A stretch of DNA of 64,000 nt from positions 6,185-70,184 of the forward strand of contig PDON01000066.1 in NCBI GenBank assembly GCA_002742935.1, in the 5' to 3' direction. Of this stretch, positions 38,729 through 48,240 are shown piece by piece. Each line of letters starts with the position of its first letter. The first letter of the stretch is position 1. Both the position numbers and the translations under genes were made by a program. The notes under the pieces are model-generated. The model was not told where the DNA came from and did no database searches. It saw only the letters and a program-made list of their open reading frames with translations. The DNA is from Candidatus Cloacimonadota bacterium. GTDB lineage: Bacteria > UBA4055.

Positions 38729-39581
38729 AAACGAGATTGTTGTTATCTCCGGAAAAGGGGGAACAGGAAAAACTACTATTGTGTCATCAATAATACCATT
38801 TTTTAAAAATCTTGTTATAGGAGATTGTGATGTTGATGCTCCTGATCTTCATATTATGTTAAACCCTAAACAGAAGAGCAAAGAGGAGTTTATGGGATTA
38901 AAAAAAGCTTCACTTGATGAATCAAAATGTATTAAGTGTGGTAAATGTTATAATCACTGTAAATTTGGAGCAATAACAGAAGATATACTATTTAAGCACA
39001 ATAGATGTGAAGGTTGTGGGGTATGTGAATACCTATGTCCCGTTTGTGCAATTGAGATGAAAGAGGCAAAAACCGGATCAATTTACCATTCCCAAACAGA
39101 TTATGGGGATATGGTTCACGCAAGATTAATTCCTGGAGAGGAAGCTTCGGGAAAGCTTGTTGCAAAGGTTAGAAGAGAAGCAATGAATATTGCAGAAAAA
39201 AAAGGATTTAAAAATATTATTATAGATGGATCTCCCGGTGTTGCCTGTAATGTTATATCATCAATCACCGGTGCGTCAAAGGTAGTAATTGTTGTTGAGC
39301 CATCACTATCGGGACTCCACGATCTTAAAAGGGTTTACCAATTAACACAAAAGTTTAAACTGAAAACAATTGTTGTTATAAATAAATTTGATATATCTCC
39401 AAAAATGTCAAGAGAGATAGAAAACTATTGTGAGAAACTTAACATTACCATTGGTTTAAAGATACCTTTTTCAAGAGATATAGTTAACTCTATAGTAATG
39501 AAAAAGATCCCTTCTATAGAGTGTAACCGGATATTTGAAAACATAGGTTTCAATAATTTTATTCAATTATTAAAGGGATAG
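38721..39581 (+). CDS. MinD/ParA-superfamily P-loop ATPase with inserted 2x[4Fe-4S] ferredoxin domain (paralogue)
   Basis: ATG 38721 overlaps the previous stop (ATGATTAG), behind GAGGAG. VVISGKGGTGKTT, CIKCGKCYNHCKFGAI, CEGCGVCEYLCPVCAI. Confidence 0.8.
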   Translation: MIRNEIVVISGKGGTGKTTIVSSIIPFFKNLVIGDCDVDAPDLHIMLNPKQKSKEEFMGLKKASLDESKCIKCGKCYNHCKFGAITEDILFKHNRCEGCGVCEYLCPVCAIEMKEAKTGSIYHSQTDYGDMVHARLIPGEEASGKLVAKVRREAMNIAEKKGFKNIIIDGSPGVACNVISSITGASKVVIVVEPSLSGLHDLKRVYQLTQKFKLKTIVVINKFDISPKMSREIENYCEKLNITIGLKIPFSRDIVNSIVMKKIPSIECNRIFENIGFNNFIQLLKG

Positions 39582-39886
39582 AAACAAACTAAATATTTAT
39601 GATCTTTTAAAAGTAGATTATATTTAACAAAATGATAAATTTTAGATGTATGGAAACTTTAGCCAACCAGATAAACAGTTTATATAAACTACAAAAAAAT
39701 TATCTTCTAAATTCACACTCTTAAATTTTGATTTTACCCCCAACAAGATATATATTTATAGGTTGTAACATTAATAGTTATAATTTTCAACAAAGATACA
39801 TTATCTATTGAACTTTAACTGTTAAAAAATAAGAAATATAAAAGATCTAATACTTGGTTGATTTGATCTCTTTTTTAGGATACTCT

Positions 39887-42478
39887 ATGTTAAAAAATAT
39901 TATATTTATTCTGGTAACATTCTCTTTACTATTCAGTAGCATAAATATCTACTCTAATCCCGAAAATATAGAAGGATATAAAAAGTTTGGATTGTATCCA
40001 GAAAACCAATATCAAAAAAAATATCTATTGAACAAAAAATGGGAAATAAAGATTGGAGAAAAAGGGAAGTGGATGCCTGTTCACATACCTTCTAGCTTTG
40101 ATAATGGGAACAAAAACGAAACCGTTTACTACAGATCCTCTTTTTCCCTTCCAAACCTAAACAAAAACAAACATTATAAGCTACTTTTTTACGGAATAAA
40201 TAATAGTGCAAATATAAAGATAAACAATAACTTTGTAGAAAGTCATAACTCAGGATTTACAAGTTTTGAGATAGATCTTAACAGAAATATTTTAAACAAT
40301 AACGGATCTAATGAAATTTTAATAGAGGTTAACAATCAACTAACTGCTAAAAGCACTATACCTCTTTTAATGAATGTAAACGGGTTTAAAAACTATGGCG
40401 GTATATACAGAGAGGTGTATCTGGTTGAAACAGGTATAGTTTCGGTATCAGATTCAGATATTAACTATAAATTCACAGATTCATACAAAAAAGCTAAAAT
40501 TGAAATTACCGCTTCCATAAAAGATTATAACTATATAAACATATCTGAACTGGATAGTAGTGAGTATAAAACAGATATATTTTCATTTGTTGAAATAGTT
40601 GATAAATTTGACAAGAGTGTTTATAAATCCGGAGAATCACTGTTTGAGCTTTTGAGACACGGAGAAAAAAATATAAAATTCAAAATTACCCTTAAAAAGC
40701 CAAATCTTTGGTCTCCCGATAACCCTTACTTGTACACGGTAAAAATTTATACGGGTACAATTGAAAAGGGGAAGAGAGATACAACTTCAATCTATCAATA
40801 TAATTTTGGATTAAAATCTCTGGTTACGAGTGGGGGAAAACTATTTCTAAACGGGAAACAACTATTTCTCCAAGGTGTTAGCAGGCATAATGAAAGATTG
40901 GATATGGGGAACTCACTAACATATGAAACTGTTAGATATGAGGTAGAAAAAATTAAAAATATGGGAAGTAATATAATCCATTCAAACTATGTTCCTCCTC
41001 ACCCCTACTATCTGGATCTCTGTGATAAGTATGGTATATTTATTTTACAGGGAATTCCAATAATTGGTATGCCTTCAGATTTTAGTGAAAATAAGCTATT
41101 GAAAGAGCTTGCCCTATCAAATCTTTCAGAGATGATAAATAGAGATAAACATCACCCATCAATTTTTGCTTGGGGATTGGGAAAGCAGTACAACACATTC
41201 TCACTTAAATCTTTGGATTTTATTATGGATCTAAAAGATTTAGCAAAATCACTTACTCCAAATATTTTTACCTATATAGAAACAAAATTAACACCACTAA
41301 TTGAGTACTATAGAGTTACGGATCTAACAATAATAAAACTTCCGGATTTAGGTACAGATGAAACAATAAAAAAGATATCAAATATAGCTAAAGATAATAT
41401 TATTTTGGTTAACAATATTGGAAAGGAGATAAAACCCGGAAACGAAAAAGGTTTTTTAGATCCTCACAGTGAGCCGGCACAAGCCAAACATATAATAAAC
41501 AATATAAAGATGATAAAAAAAGAGGAGAGTATAAATGGTTTTATTGTAGACTCTTTTACGGATAGAATTAGTGATGTACCTCTTCTTATTAAATATAATA
41601 CGGGTAATATTTATGGAATAAACGATGGTTTAGTTGATTTTAAGGAGAAAAATAGAATCTCCTATATTGCTGCAGAATCAATGTTTAAAAACAGAAAAGC
41701 ACCAACACTAAACCAAGGTGAGTATAAACATAAAAAAACAAACTTCTTCTTTATTCTTGGTATAACAGTAACACTTACCTTACTATTTTTGATAAAGAGA
41801 GAACATTATCTAAAAAATAATATTATAAGAACCTTTAAAAACAGCTCTGCTTTCTATATAGATATAAGAGACAGAAGAATAACACAAGATTGGCAATCAT
41901 TTGTAATAGCACTATTTTCTGCCATAGGTATATCATCAACCTTGTCCTCTATGTTTTTTACATACAGATTTTCAAGTAAATTTGATTACTTATTGACTCT
42001 AATATTTAGAAATAATGTAATAAAAGAGTTTGTTATTGAACTCATATGGCGACCTTATCTCTTTGTGATTGTAGGGGTAGTAGCATATTTTATACTTATC
42101 TTCTTAGTTTCAATATATATTAAGTTTTCAGGATATATATTTAAAGCAAAATACTCTATTAGTAATCTGTTTATCTTAATTAGTTGGAGTGGTGCTGTAT
42201 ATCTTATTTTCTTACCTTTTTCAGCTCTTTTTATTAGAATTATAACTCCTGTAACAATTATAATGATAATAATTACCTTTATGATTCTAGCCGTACTTCA
42301 ATGGATTAGAATTATACAGGTAATGGTAGTAATATATAAAACAAGTTTAAGAAAAGTTGTTTTAATAAACTTAGGGTCTGCCATTGTTTTAGCTTTCCTT
42401 TTTATTTACTATCTAAACTATAACTATTCAGCATACAGCTATTTAAAATATTTCTTTAATGTTATTCTAAAAAACTAA
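39887..42478 (+). CDS. GH2-like (sugar-binding + Ig + TIM-barrel) domain fused to a C-terminal polytopic membrane domain
   Basis: Signal/anchor MLKNIIFILVTFSLLFSS. GH2-like YYRSSFSLP..., LFLQGVSRHNE, NRDKHHPSIFAWGLGKQ. The last ~250 aa contain about 7 hydrophobic helices. Confidence 0.7.
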   Translation: MLKNIIFILVTFSLLFSSINIYSNPENIEGYKKFGLYPENQYQKKYLLNKKWEIKIGEKGKWMPVHIPSSFDNGNKNETVYYRSSFSLPNLNKNKHYKLLFYGINNSANIKINNNFVESHNSGFTSFEIDLNRNILNNNGSNEILIEVNNQLTAKSTIPLLMNVNGFKNYGGIYREVYLVETGIVSVSDSDINYKFTDSYKKAKIEITASIKDYNYINISELDSSEYKTDIFSFVEIVDKFDKSVYKSGESLFELLRHGEKNIKFKITLKKPNLWSPDNPYLYTVKIYTGTIEKGKRDTTSIYQYNFGLKSLVTSGGKLFLNGKQLFLQGVSRHNERLDMGNSLTYETVRYEVEKIKNMGSNIIHSNYVPPHPYYLDLCDKYGIFILQGIPIIGMPSDFSENKLLKELALSNLSEMINRDKHHPSIFAWGLGKQYNTFSLKSLDFIMDLKDLAKSLTPNIFTYIETKLTPLIEYYRVTDLTIIKLPDLGTDETIKKISNIAKDNIILVNNIGKEIKPGNEKGFLDPHSEPAQAKHIINNIKMIKKEESINGFIVDSFTDRISDVPLLIKYNTGNIYGINDGLVDFKEKNRISYIAAESMFKNRKAPTLNQGEYKHKKTNFFFILGITVTLTLLFLIKREHYLKNNIIRTFKNSSAFYIDIRDRRITQDWQSFVIALFSAIGISSTLSSMFFTYRFSSKFDYLLTLIFRNNVIKEFVIELIWRPYLFVIVGVVAYFILIFLVSIYIKFSGYIFKAKYSISNLFILISWSGAVYLIFLPFSALFIRIITPVTIIMIIITFMILAVLQWIRIIQVMVVIYKTSLRKVVLINLGSAIVLAFLFIYYLNYNYSAYSYLKYFFNVILKN

Positions 42479-42510
42479 AAACTACTCTCTATTAAAGGAT
42501 TGAGGTAAAA

Positions 42511-43161
42511 ATGGATATTGAAGATTTAATTAACAAACTTCCCAATAATGATCTTTTTATTGATATGGAGGAATATTACAAGTCAGCAGTTCTTATACCC
42601 TTGATTGATATTGATGGAGAGATAAATATACTGTTTGAGAAACGAGCTGAAAATATTAGACAAGGTGGAGAGGTTTGCTTCCCCGGTGGAGGAATAGACA
42701 TTGGGGAAAATAGTAAAGAAACAGTAATAAGAGAGTTGTTTGAAGAGCTTGGAATAGAGTCTAAAGATATTACTCTAATTAGAGAGTTTGAGAAAATTAT
42801 AAACCCAATGGCAAGAGTTTATGTTGAAACATGGTTCGGGAAAATAACAATCTCAGGTTATCAAAATATAAAGATAAATTCAAGTGAAGTATCAAAAATA
42901 TTTCTAGTCCCACTAAAATATTTTATAGAAAATAAACCCGAGGTGTATAAGGTAGCTACAATGAGTACACCATTTGCCGATGAGAACAGAGAAGAGCCAA
43001 CTTTTCCTGCAAAACAGCTAGGGTTACCTGAAAGATACCATAAACCATGGGCAAGAAAAACCCACAATGTATATCTTTGGAAAAATGAGGAGATAATTTG
43101 GGGTTTAACAGCAAAAATATTAAAAAAATTTGTAGATTATTTAGGAGAAATATCTGTATAG
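42511..43161 (+). CDS. NUDIX hydrolase (CoA pyrophosphatase-like)
   Basis: Nudix box GGEVCFPGGGIDIGENSKETVIRELFEELGI. Confidence 0.8.
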   Translation: MDIEDLINKLPNNDLFIDMEEYYKSAVLIPLIDIDGEINILFEKRAENIRQGGEVCFPGGGIDIGENSKETVIRELFEELGIESKDITLIREFEKIINPMARVYVETWFGKITISGYQNIKINSSEVSKIFLVPLKYFIENKPEVYKVATMSTPFADENREEPTFPAKQLGLPERYHKPWARKTHNVYLWKNEEIIWGLTAKILKKFVDYLGEISV

Positions 43162-43183
43162 AAATTAGTTTGTTTTAGAAAAA

Positions 43184-43213
43184 GCTAGAGACAGGTTAAA
43201 ACCTATCTCTAGC
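43184..43213 (-). terminator. hairpin, probable arcC terminator
   Basis: GCTAGAGACAGG pairs with CCTATCTCTAGC (11 of 12 bp). Five As on the plus-strand 5' side give a U-run on the minus strand. Confidence 0.5.
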
Positions 43214-43314
43214 ACTACTTCAATGAAATCTTATGAATCTTTTAAAAGCGGAACTTACAATAGGGTAATTAACTCTTATTAAAAGATTAAACACCCTTTA
43301 AACAGAGTTTAAGC

Positions 43315-44259
43315 TTAAACTGTTATACTTGTTCCATTCTTACCTTCAATAGCGTCTACAAGCTTATCAATAGCAGTAATAATAACCCTCTTACCCCCAT
43401 TGTTTAAGAATTCAATAGCAGCTTCTACTTTAGGACCCATGCTTCCTGCCGGAAACTGACCTTCATCCAGATATTTTTGAAGCTCTGAAACAGTTACATT
43501 TAAAAGATCTTCTTGATTTGGTTTCCCAAAATTGATGGCAACTTTATCAACAGCCGTTAATATATAAAGCTCATCTGCACCAATCTGATTTGCAACCTTA
43601 GCAGAAGCAAAATCTTTATCAATAACAGCATCAACACCCTCTAAATTTCCATTTTCGTCAAGGAAACAAGGAACCCCACCGCCACCGGTAGCAATTACAA
43701 TATTATCACTATTTAGAAGCTTTTCAATAATCTTAAAGTTTTGAACATTCACAGGCTTAGGAGAACCCACTACTCTTCTCCATCCTCTGTTAGCATCTTT
43801 TTTTATAATCCAACCATACTCCTCTTCAAGCTTTTTAGCTTCCTCTTCCGTATAAAAACTGCCAACAAATTTAGTAGGGTCTTTTAGCTTAGGATCATTC
43901 TTATCAACTACAACTTGAGTTACCAAAGTTGCAACATCAATATCAATATTTTCTTTCCTTAGTGAATTCACTAGACTCTGTTCAATCATATATCCTAAAC
44001 TACCTTGAGTATCAGCAACCAAAACCCCTAAAGGTACCTCAGGTAAAAAAGATTTTGTTTCATCTACCCTTCTAAGAGCAACACCAACCTGAGGGCCGTT
44101 ACCGTGAGTTATAACCATTTTATAGTTATCTTTAATCAAAGGTATAATTGAATCAACAGTAGTACGAGCATTTTTGAATTGAGATGATATCCAGTTGTTA
44201 TCATCTGTTGGTGTAAGGGAATTACCTCCAATAGCCACAACAATTTTCTTATTATACAT
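43315..44259 (-). CDS. arcC: carbamate kinase
   Basis: KIVVAIGGNSL...ITHGNGPQVG...VIATGGGGVP; 314 aa. Confidence 0.9.
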   Translation of the reverse strand: MYNKKIVVAIGGNSLTPTDDNNWISSQFKNARTTVDSIIPLIKDNYKMVITHGNGPQVGVALRRVDETKSFLPEVPLGVLVADTQGSLGYMIEQSLVNSLRKENIDIDVATLVTQVVVDKNDPKLKDPTKFVGSFYTEEEAKKLEEEYGWIIKKDANRGWRRVVGSPKPVNVQNFKIIEKLLNSDNIVIATGGGGVPCFLDENGNLEGVDAVIDKDFASAKVANQIGADELYILTAVDKVAINFGKPNQEDLLNVTVSELQKYLDEGQFPAGSMGPKVEAAIEFLNNGGKRVIITAIDKLVDAIEGKNGTSITV

Positions 44260-44453
44260 AGAGCACTCCTCATATTCTATTTTAAAATCATTTAAAGCAA
44301 AAACAAAAAAGCTTTAATAGATAAATTTCTAAAACAATAGTTACAAAAAAGCAACCTATTCTCAAGCTGAAAACTATTCAACTTTGAGAAAGATCTTAAT
44401 ATATAATTTTAAAATAAAGTGGCAAGAAAAAAAAAGAAAAAAATATATACTAA

Positions 44454-44480
44454 AAAAGGGGTAAAACTCTACCCCTTTTT
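44454..44480. terminator. bidirectional terminator
   Basis: AAAAGGGGTA pairs with TACCCCTTTT, 6-nt loop; 25 nt beyond the stop of the PorV-like gene. Confidence 0.65.
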
Positions 44481-44504
44481 ATAAACTGTATATTAAAATA
44501 GATA

Positions 44505-45515
44505 CTACAATTGGTAAGCAATATTAAACATGTTTATACTACCTAATCTACCATAACTTTCCCATGAATAGTCAAATCTAACATTCATAAATTTGAAACC
44601 AACACCTAAAGATGTACCTGAAAGATTAAAACCATCACCATCATAGTCTACAGGAGTACCGTCTGCATCATCATCAAATTTAACATAGTTTGTCTCATCA
44701 AAAAGCCAGTTTTCTTGATCATCAATCTTTCTACCAACTCTTACAAAGAACATATCCTCAAATGAGTACTCGCAACCAAGAGTTAAATACTCGGCATTAT
44801 CTGAAGGGTGAGCAGCTTCAACAGCAACATCAATCTTATTAATACCATCATTAAAAGGTGTAAAATTGATACCAAAGATAAACATCATAGGAAGGTCAGC
44901 ACCCTCGTTAAGATATTTAACCTCGCCACCAAAGTTTCTCATTGACATACCGAAAACTAAAGATTTCCACTTAGTATCATAGAAAGTACCCATATCTACA
45001 GCAAAAGTAGACGCACTCTCATCTGCCAAATTTTCGTGGATAAATTTAAGAGTACCACCTACATAAAATTTAGTTGTAAGCATCTGTGCATAAGAGAGAC
45101 CTACAACCATATCACTGGCAGTAAAGGTTCTTCCTGTTCCGGTTGGGTTTGAAGGAGTAGTTTCATCCATATCTCCAACATTCAAGTAACCAAACTGAAC
45201 ACCCATTGCCGCATTAAATTGTTTAAGCGGATATGTAGCTCCTGCCCATGTGTAGTTGATATCGTCAATGTACATTGTATGGTTTACAATATAATCACCT
45301 CCGTCAATCTTAATGATACTTGCAGGATTGTAAAAAAGAGATGCTGCATCATCACCAAGTCCAATGTATGAACCACCTAATGCATTTGCTCTTGCACTAA
45401 CATCCAATTTTAAGAATGTCATCGCTGCTGTACCGGTTTTAGCCTGAGCGAAGATCATTCCAGGAACTAAAAGGGCAATTAAAAGTATAAAACTTTTAAA
45501 ATTCTTTATCATCAT
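44505..45515 (-). CDS. PorV/PorQ-family outer-membrane beta-barrel protein
   Basis: Start taken at MMIKNFKSF (45515; GAGGT lies 4 nt upstream) rather than 45632. GTAAMTFLKLDVSARANALGGSYIGLGDDAASLFYNPASI matches the PorV-family N-terminal signature as I recall it. Confidence 0.65.
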   Translation of the reverse strand: MMIKNFKSFILLIALLVPGMIFAQAKTGTAAMTFLKLDVSARANALGGSYIGLGDDAASLFYNPASIIKIDGGDYIVNHTMYIDDINYTWAGATYPLKQFNAAMGVQFGYLNVGDMDETTPSNPTGTGRTFTASDMVVGLSYAQMLTTKFYVGGTLKFIHENLADESASTFAVDMGTFYDTKWKSLVFGMSMRNFGGEVKYLNEGADLPMMFIFGINFTPFNDGINKIDVAVEAAHPSDNAEYLTLGCEYSFEDMFFVRVGRKIDDQENWLFDETNYVKFDDDADGTPVDYDGDGFNLSGTSLGVGFKFMNVRFDYSWESYGRLGSINMFNIAYQL

Positions 45516-45704
45516 ACTACCTCGTTCATTTATTTCCATTTTTACCTTTCCTTTACATGGATTTCTTATAATAACAATTATTATACCTATCCACAATAAA
45601 AAAAAACAGAAAAAAGTTAATCTTAGCCTCAATTAAGATCTGCTGAAAAAGTTATAAACACCAGAACAGTTACGGCAAAGGAAATCTAAACTATAAGAGC
45701 TTAC

Positions 45705-45726
45705 AACAAAAACTCTTTTTTCAAGA
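45705..45726 (-). terminator. weak terminator (5-bp stem + T-run on the minus strand)
   Basis: Minus strand reads CTCTT gaaa AAGAG followed by TTTTTG, just after the DUF523 gene stop. Confidence 0.35.
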
Positions 45727-45736
45727 GATCTCCAAG

Positions 45737-46141
45737 CTAAACAGAGATAACCTCTATTCCGTTTTTAAGTAAAATTTCCGCAGTTATACCATTCCCTTCA
45801 ATCTTTTTACCTGTAAAAGTTCCATCGTAAACAGTTCCACAACCACATGAAGGGCTATTAGATTTTAGATAACACTTTTCTATATTAAAAATTTTACAGA
45901 GTTCAAGGGTCAGATTCCCGCCTTTTACAAAATTTTCGGTAAGATCCTCCCCCTCAATGTTAAAAACTCTTCCCTCCCTTATTTCACAAGGTTTTCTGGG
46001 AGTGGAAAGCCCTCCTGCCGTTTCAGGACATACAGCAACAGCTTCTCCTGATTCAACCATTGAGGCAAACTCTTCATTTTTACTATTTTTACCATCATAT
46101 CTACAATTTATACCAACGAGACAGCTACTAACCAAAACCAT
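45737..46141 (-). CDS. DUF523-family protein (2-thiouracil desulfurase-like)
   Basis: VLVSSCLVGINCRYDG...AVCPE..GGL..PR...SPSCG pattern; 134 aa. Confidence 0.7.
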   Translation of the reverse strand: MVLVSSCLVGINCRYDGKNSKNEEFASMVESGEAVAVCPETAGGLSTPRKPCEIREGRVFNIEGEDLTENFVKGGNLTLELCKIFNIEKCYLKSNSPSCGCGTVYDGTFTGKKIEGNGITAEILLKNGIEVISV

Positions 46142-46209
46142 AAACTTCCCTCCATGAAAGGAAAAACTCCCTAAATTGGGAGTTTTTCCTTATGATAACT
46201 AAATAGTTT

Positions 46210-47217
46210 TTACTCAGTGTAAGGACAAGCTGAAAAGTGTCCGTTTCCAAAATCCTTATAGTTAGGAACTGCTTTGGCACACTCAGGTTTAGCCAGAGGG
46301 CATCTGGTTCTAAATCCACATCCTGAAGGTTTAGCCAAAGGAGAAGGAATATCTCCTTGAAGAACCTGTCTCTTCTTATCTTTTCTTGTAGGATCCGGAA
46401 GAGGAACAGCAGAAAGCAACGACCTACTGTAAGGGTGTTTTGCGTTTCTGTAAACATCTTGACCATCACCATACTCTAATATATTACCCAAGTACATTAC
46501 GGCAATTCTGTTTGAAAGGTGTTCTACAACAGAAAGGTCGTGAGCAATAAAGATAAATGTTAGATTAAACTCCTCTTGAAGATCTTGCATTAGATTGATA
46601 ACCTGAGCTTGAATACTAACATCAAGAGCGGAAACAGGCTCATCGGCAATGATTAACTTAGGGTTTGTAGCCAAAGATCTTGCAATACCAATTCTCTGTC
46701 TCTGTCCACCGGAAAACTCATGAGGATATCTGTTACTCTGCTCTCCTGAAAGACCAACCTTCTCTAAAAGCCAGAAAACTTTCTCCTGCTTCTCTTTTTC
46801 ACTCATATTAGGCTCATGAATATCAAGAGGTTCTTTAATAATACTACTAACAGTCATTCTTGGGTTCAATGATGAGTATGGATCTTGGAAGATCATCTGA
46901 ATATCTCTTCTGAAAGGTAACAAATCTTTTCTATTAAGACCTAAAAGCTCCTTCATTTCACCATCTTGTCTTATTTTAATGGAACCTTCAACCTCTACAT
47001 CAGGTGCTGTAATTTTTAATACATTTAAAATAGCCTTACCAATGGTGGATTTTCCGGAACCGGACTCACCAACCAAACCTAAGGTTTCACCCTCTTTAAT
47101 ATCAAAACTTACACCGTCAACTGCTCTAACCTCAGCAACCTTTCTCATAAAAATTCCGGCAAATATAGGGAATTTTACTTTGAGATCTCTTACTTCTAGA
47201 ATATTTTCTTTACTCAT
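46210..47217 (-). CDS. oligopeptide/dipeptide ABC transporter ATP-binding protein (OppF/DppF-like)
   Basis: Walker A GESGSGKST, signature FSGGQRQR, Walker B LIIADEP, C-terminal Cys-containing oligopeptide extension. Confidence 0.9.
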   Translation of the reverse strand: MSKENILEVRDLKVKFPIFAGIFMRKVAEVRAVDGVSFDIKEGETLGLVGESGSGKSTIGKAILNVLKITAPDVEVEGSIKIRQDGEMKELLGLNRKDLLPFRRDIQMIFQDPYSSLNPRMTVSSIIKEPLDIHEPNMSEKEKQEKVFWLLEKVGLSGEQSNRYPHEFSGGQRQRIGIARSLATNPKLIIADEPVSALDVSIQAQVINLMQDLQEEFNLTFIFIAHDLSVVEHLSNRIAVMYLGNILEYGDGQDVYRNAKHPYSRSLLSAVPLPDPTRKDKKRQVLQGDIPSPLAKPSGCGFRTRCPLAKPECAKAVPNYKDFGNGHFSACPYTE

Positions 47218-47228
47218 AAATAATACCC

Positions 47229-48218
47229 CTATTTATTTTTTTTACCGTAAAGGTGGCACCTAACAAAGTGTCCCGGTTTCACCTCGGCTAGTTCAGGTTC
47301 AACTGTATCACAAATATCAAGTTTCTCATCACATCTGGTACAGAATTTACAACCTTTTGGCATATTCATAATAGGAGGTACCATACCTCTGATAGCCTGC
47401 AACCTCTTCTGCTTCTCTCTATCCGGTCTAGGGATTGAGCTTAAAAGGCCTCTTGTGTATGGGTGCATTGGATAAGCAAAAAGTTCATTAACTTCAGCTT
47501 GCTCCTGAATCTTACCACCATACATTACAATAACCCTTTCACAGGTTTCGGCAACAACAGCCAGGTCATGGGTAATAAGCATAATTGCAGCTTCTTTTCT
47601 CTCCTTCTTCATCTCAAGCATAAGCTCTAATATTTGGGCCTGAATAGTTACATCAAGTGCAGTTGTAGGCTCATCTGCAATAAGAAGAGCAGGATTGTTT
47701 AAAAGTGCCATTGCAATCATAACACGCTGTCTCATACCACCGGAGTATTGATGAGGATAATCCTTCATACGATTTGCCGGATCAGGAATACCAACCTTTT
47801 CCAACATAGCTATAGATCTCTTTTCTGCCTCCTCTTTAGAAACATCAAAGTGTCTCAAAATAACCTCTGTCATCTGAAAACCAATTGTAAAAACAGGGTT
47901 TAAAGAGGTCATTGGCTCCTGAAAGATCATTGCAATATCTTTACCTCTATAATCTCTCATCTCTTTGTATGAAAGTTTTAGAAGATCTTTACCCTTGTAT
48001 AAAACCTCACCACCGGCATTAAATCCCGGAGGGCTAGGTATAAGTCTATTGATTGAAAGAGATGTAACCGATTTACCTGAACCGGACTCCCCTACAATTC
48101 CTAAAACCTCACCTTCATATACATCAAAAGACACCCCGTCAACAGCTTTAGCTATACCGGCTTCTGTTTTGAAGTAGGTTTTAAGTTCTTTTATTTCAAA
48201 TAGTTTCTTTCTTTCCAT
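47229..48218 (-). CDS. oligopeptide/dipeptide ABC transporter ATP-binding protein (OppD/DppD-like)
   Basis: GESGSGKSV, YSGGMRQR, LLIADEPTTALD, C-terminal CKFCTRC motif. Confidence 0.9.
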   Translation of the reverse strand: MERKKLFEIKELKTYFKTEAGIAKAVDGVSFDVYEGEVLGIVGESGSGKSVTSLSINRLIPSPPGFNAGGEVLYKGKDLLKLSYKEMRDYRGKDIAMIFQEPMTSLNPVFTIGFQMTEVILRHFDVSKEEAEKRSIAMLEKVGIPDPANRMKDYPHQYSGGMRQRVMIAMALLNNPALLIADEPTTALDVTIQAQILELMLEMKKERKEAAIMLITHDLAVVAETCERVIVMYGGKIQEQAEVNELFAYPMHPYTRGLLSSIPRPDREKQKRLQAIRGMVPPIMNMPKGCKFCTRCDEKLDICDTVEPELAEVKPGHFVRCHLYGKKNK

Positions 48219-48240
48219 TATTATTCCTGTTTTAGCGTTA

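Noticed and set aside
43247-43275. Additional weak matches to the TTTTAAG-yAGAmC box (43247-43275, 39606-39630, 53560-53585)
   Set aside because: They are short and dominated by A/T runs, and cannot be distinguished from background composition without a genome-wide statistical test. They were not counted as family members.
44505-45632. N-terminal extensions proposed by the ORF track (PorV-like 45632, dtd 27266, LtaS-like 26857, RRM 31103, NifX-like 35711, SprA-like 16281, ssb 55439, GH2-like 39854)
   Set aside because: In each case an internal ATG preceded by a GGAG-type RBS gives the family-typical N-terminus or signal peptide. The upstream extension is either hydrophobic nonsense or overlaps regulatory elements.
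46128-46472. 114-aa minus-strand ORF overlapping the OppF-like gene end and the DUF523 gene start
   Set aside because: It is out of frame within a well-supported ABC ATPase gene, has a low-complexity translation and no RBS. The same reasoning applies to the other short nested track ORFs: 819, 2606, 5572, 5673, 7772, 8093, 9931, 17040, 22815, 25235, 25423, 25729, 27106, 27589, 28672, 33863, 34337, 36738, 36839, 42861, 45957, 46979, 47965, 48873, 49691, 50112, 51006, 51304, 51817, 52317, 53277, 58095, 61350.
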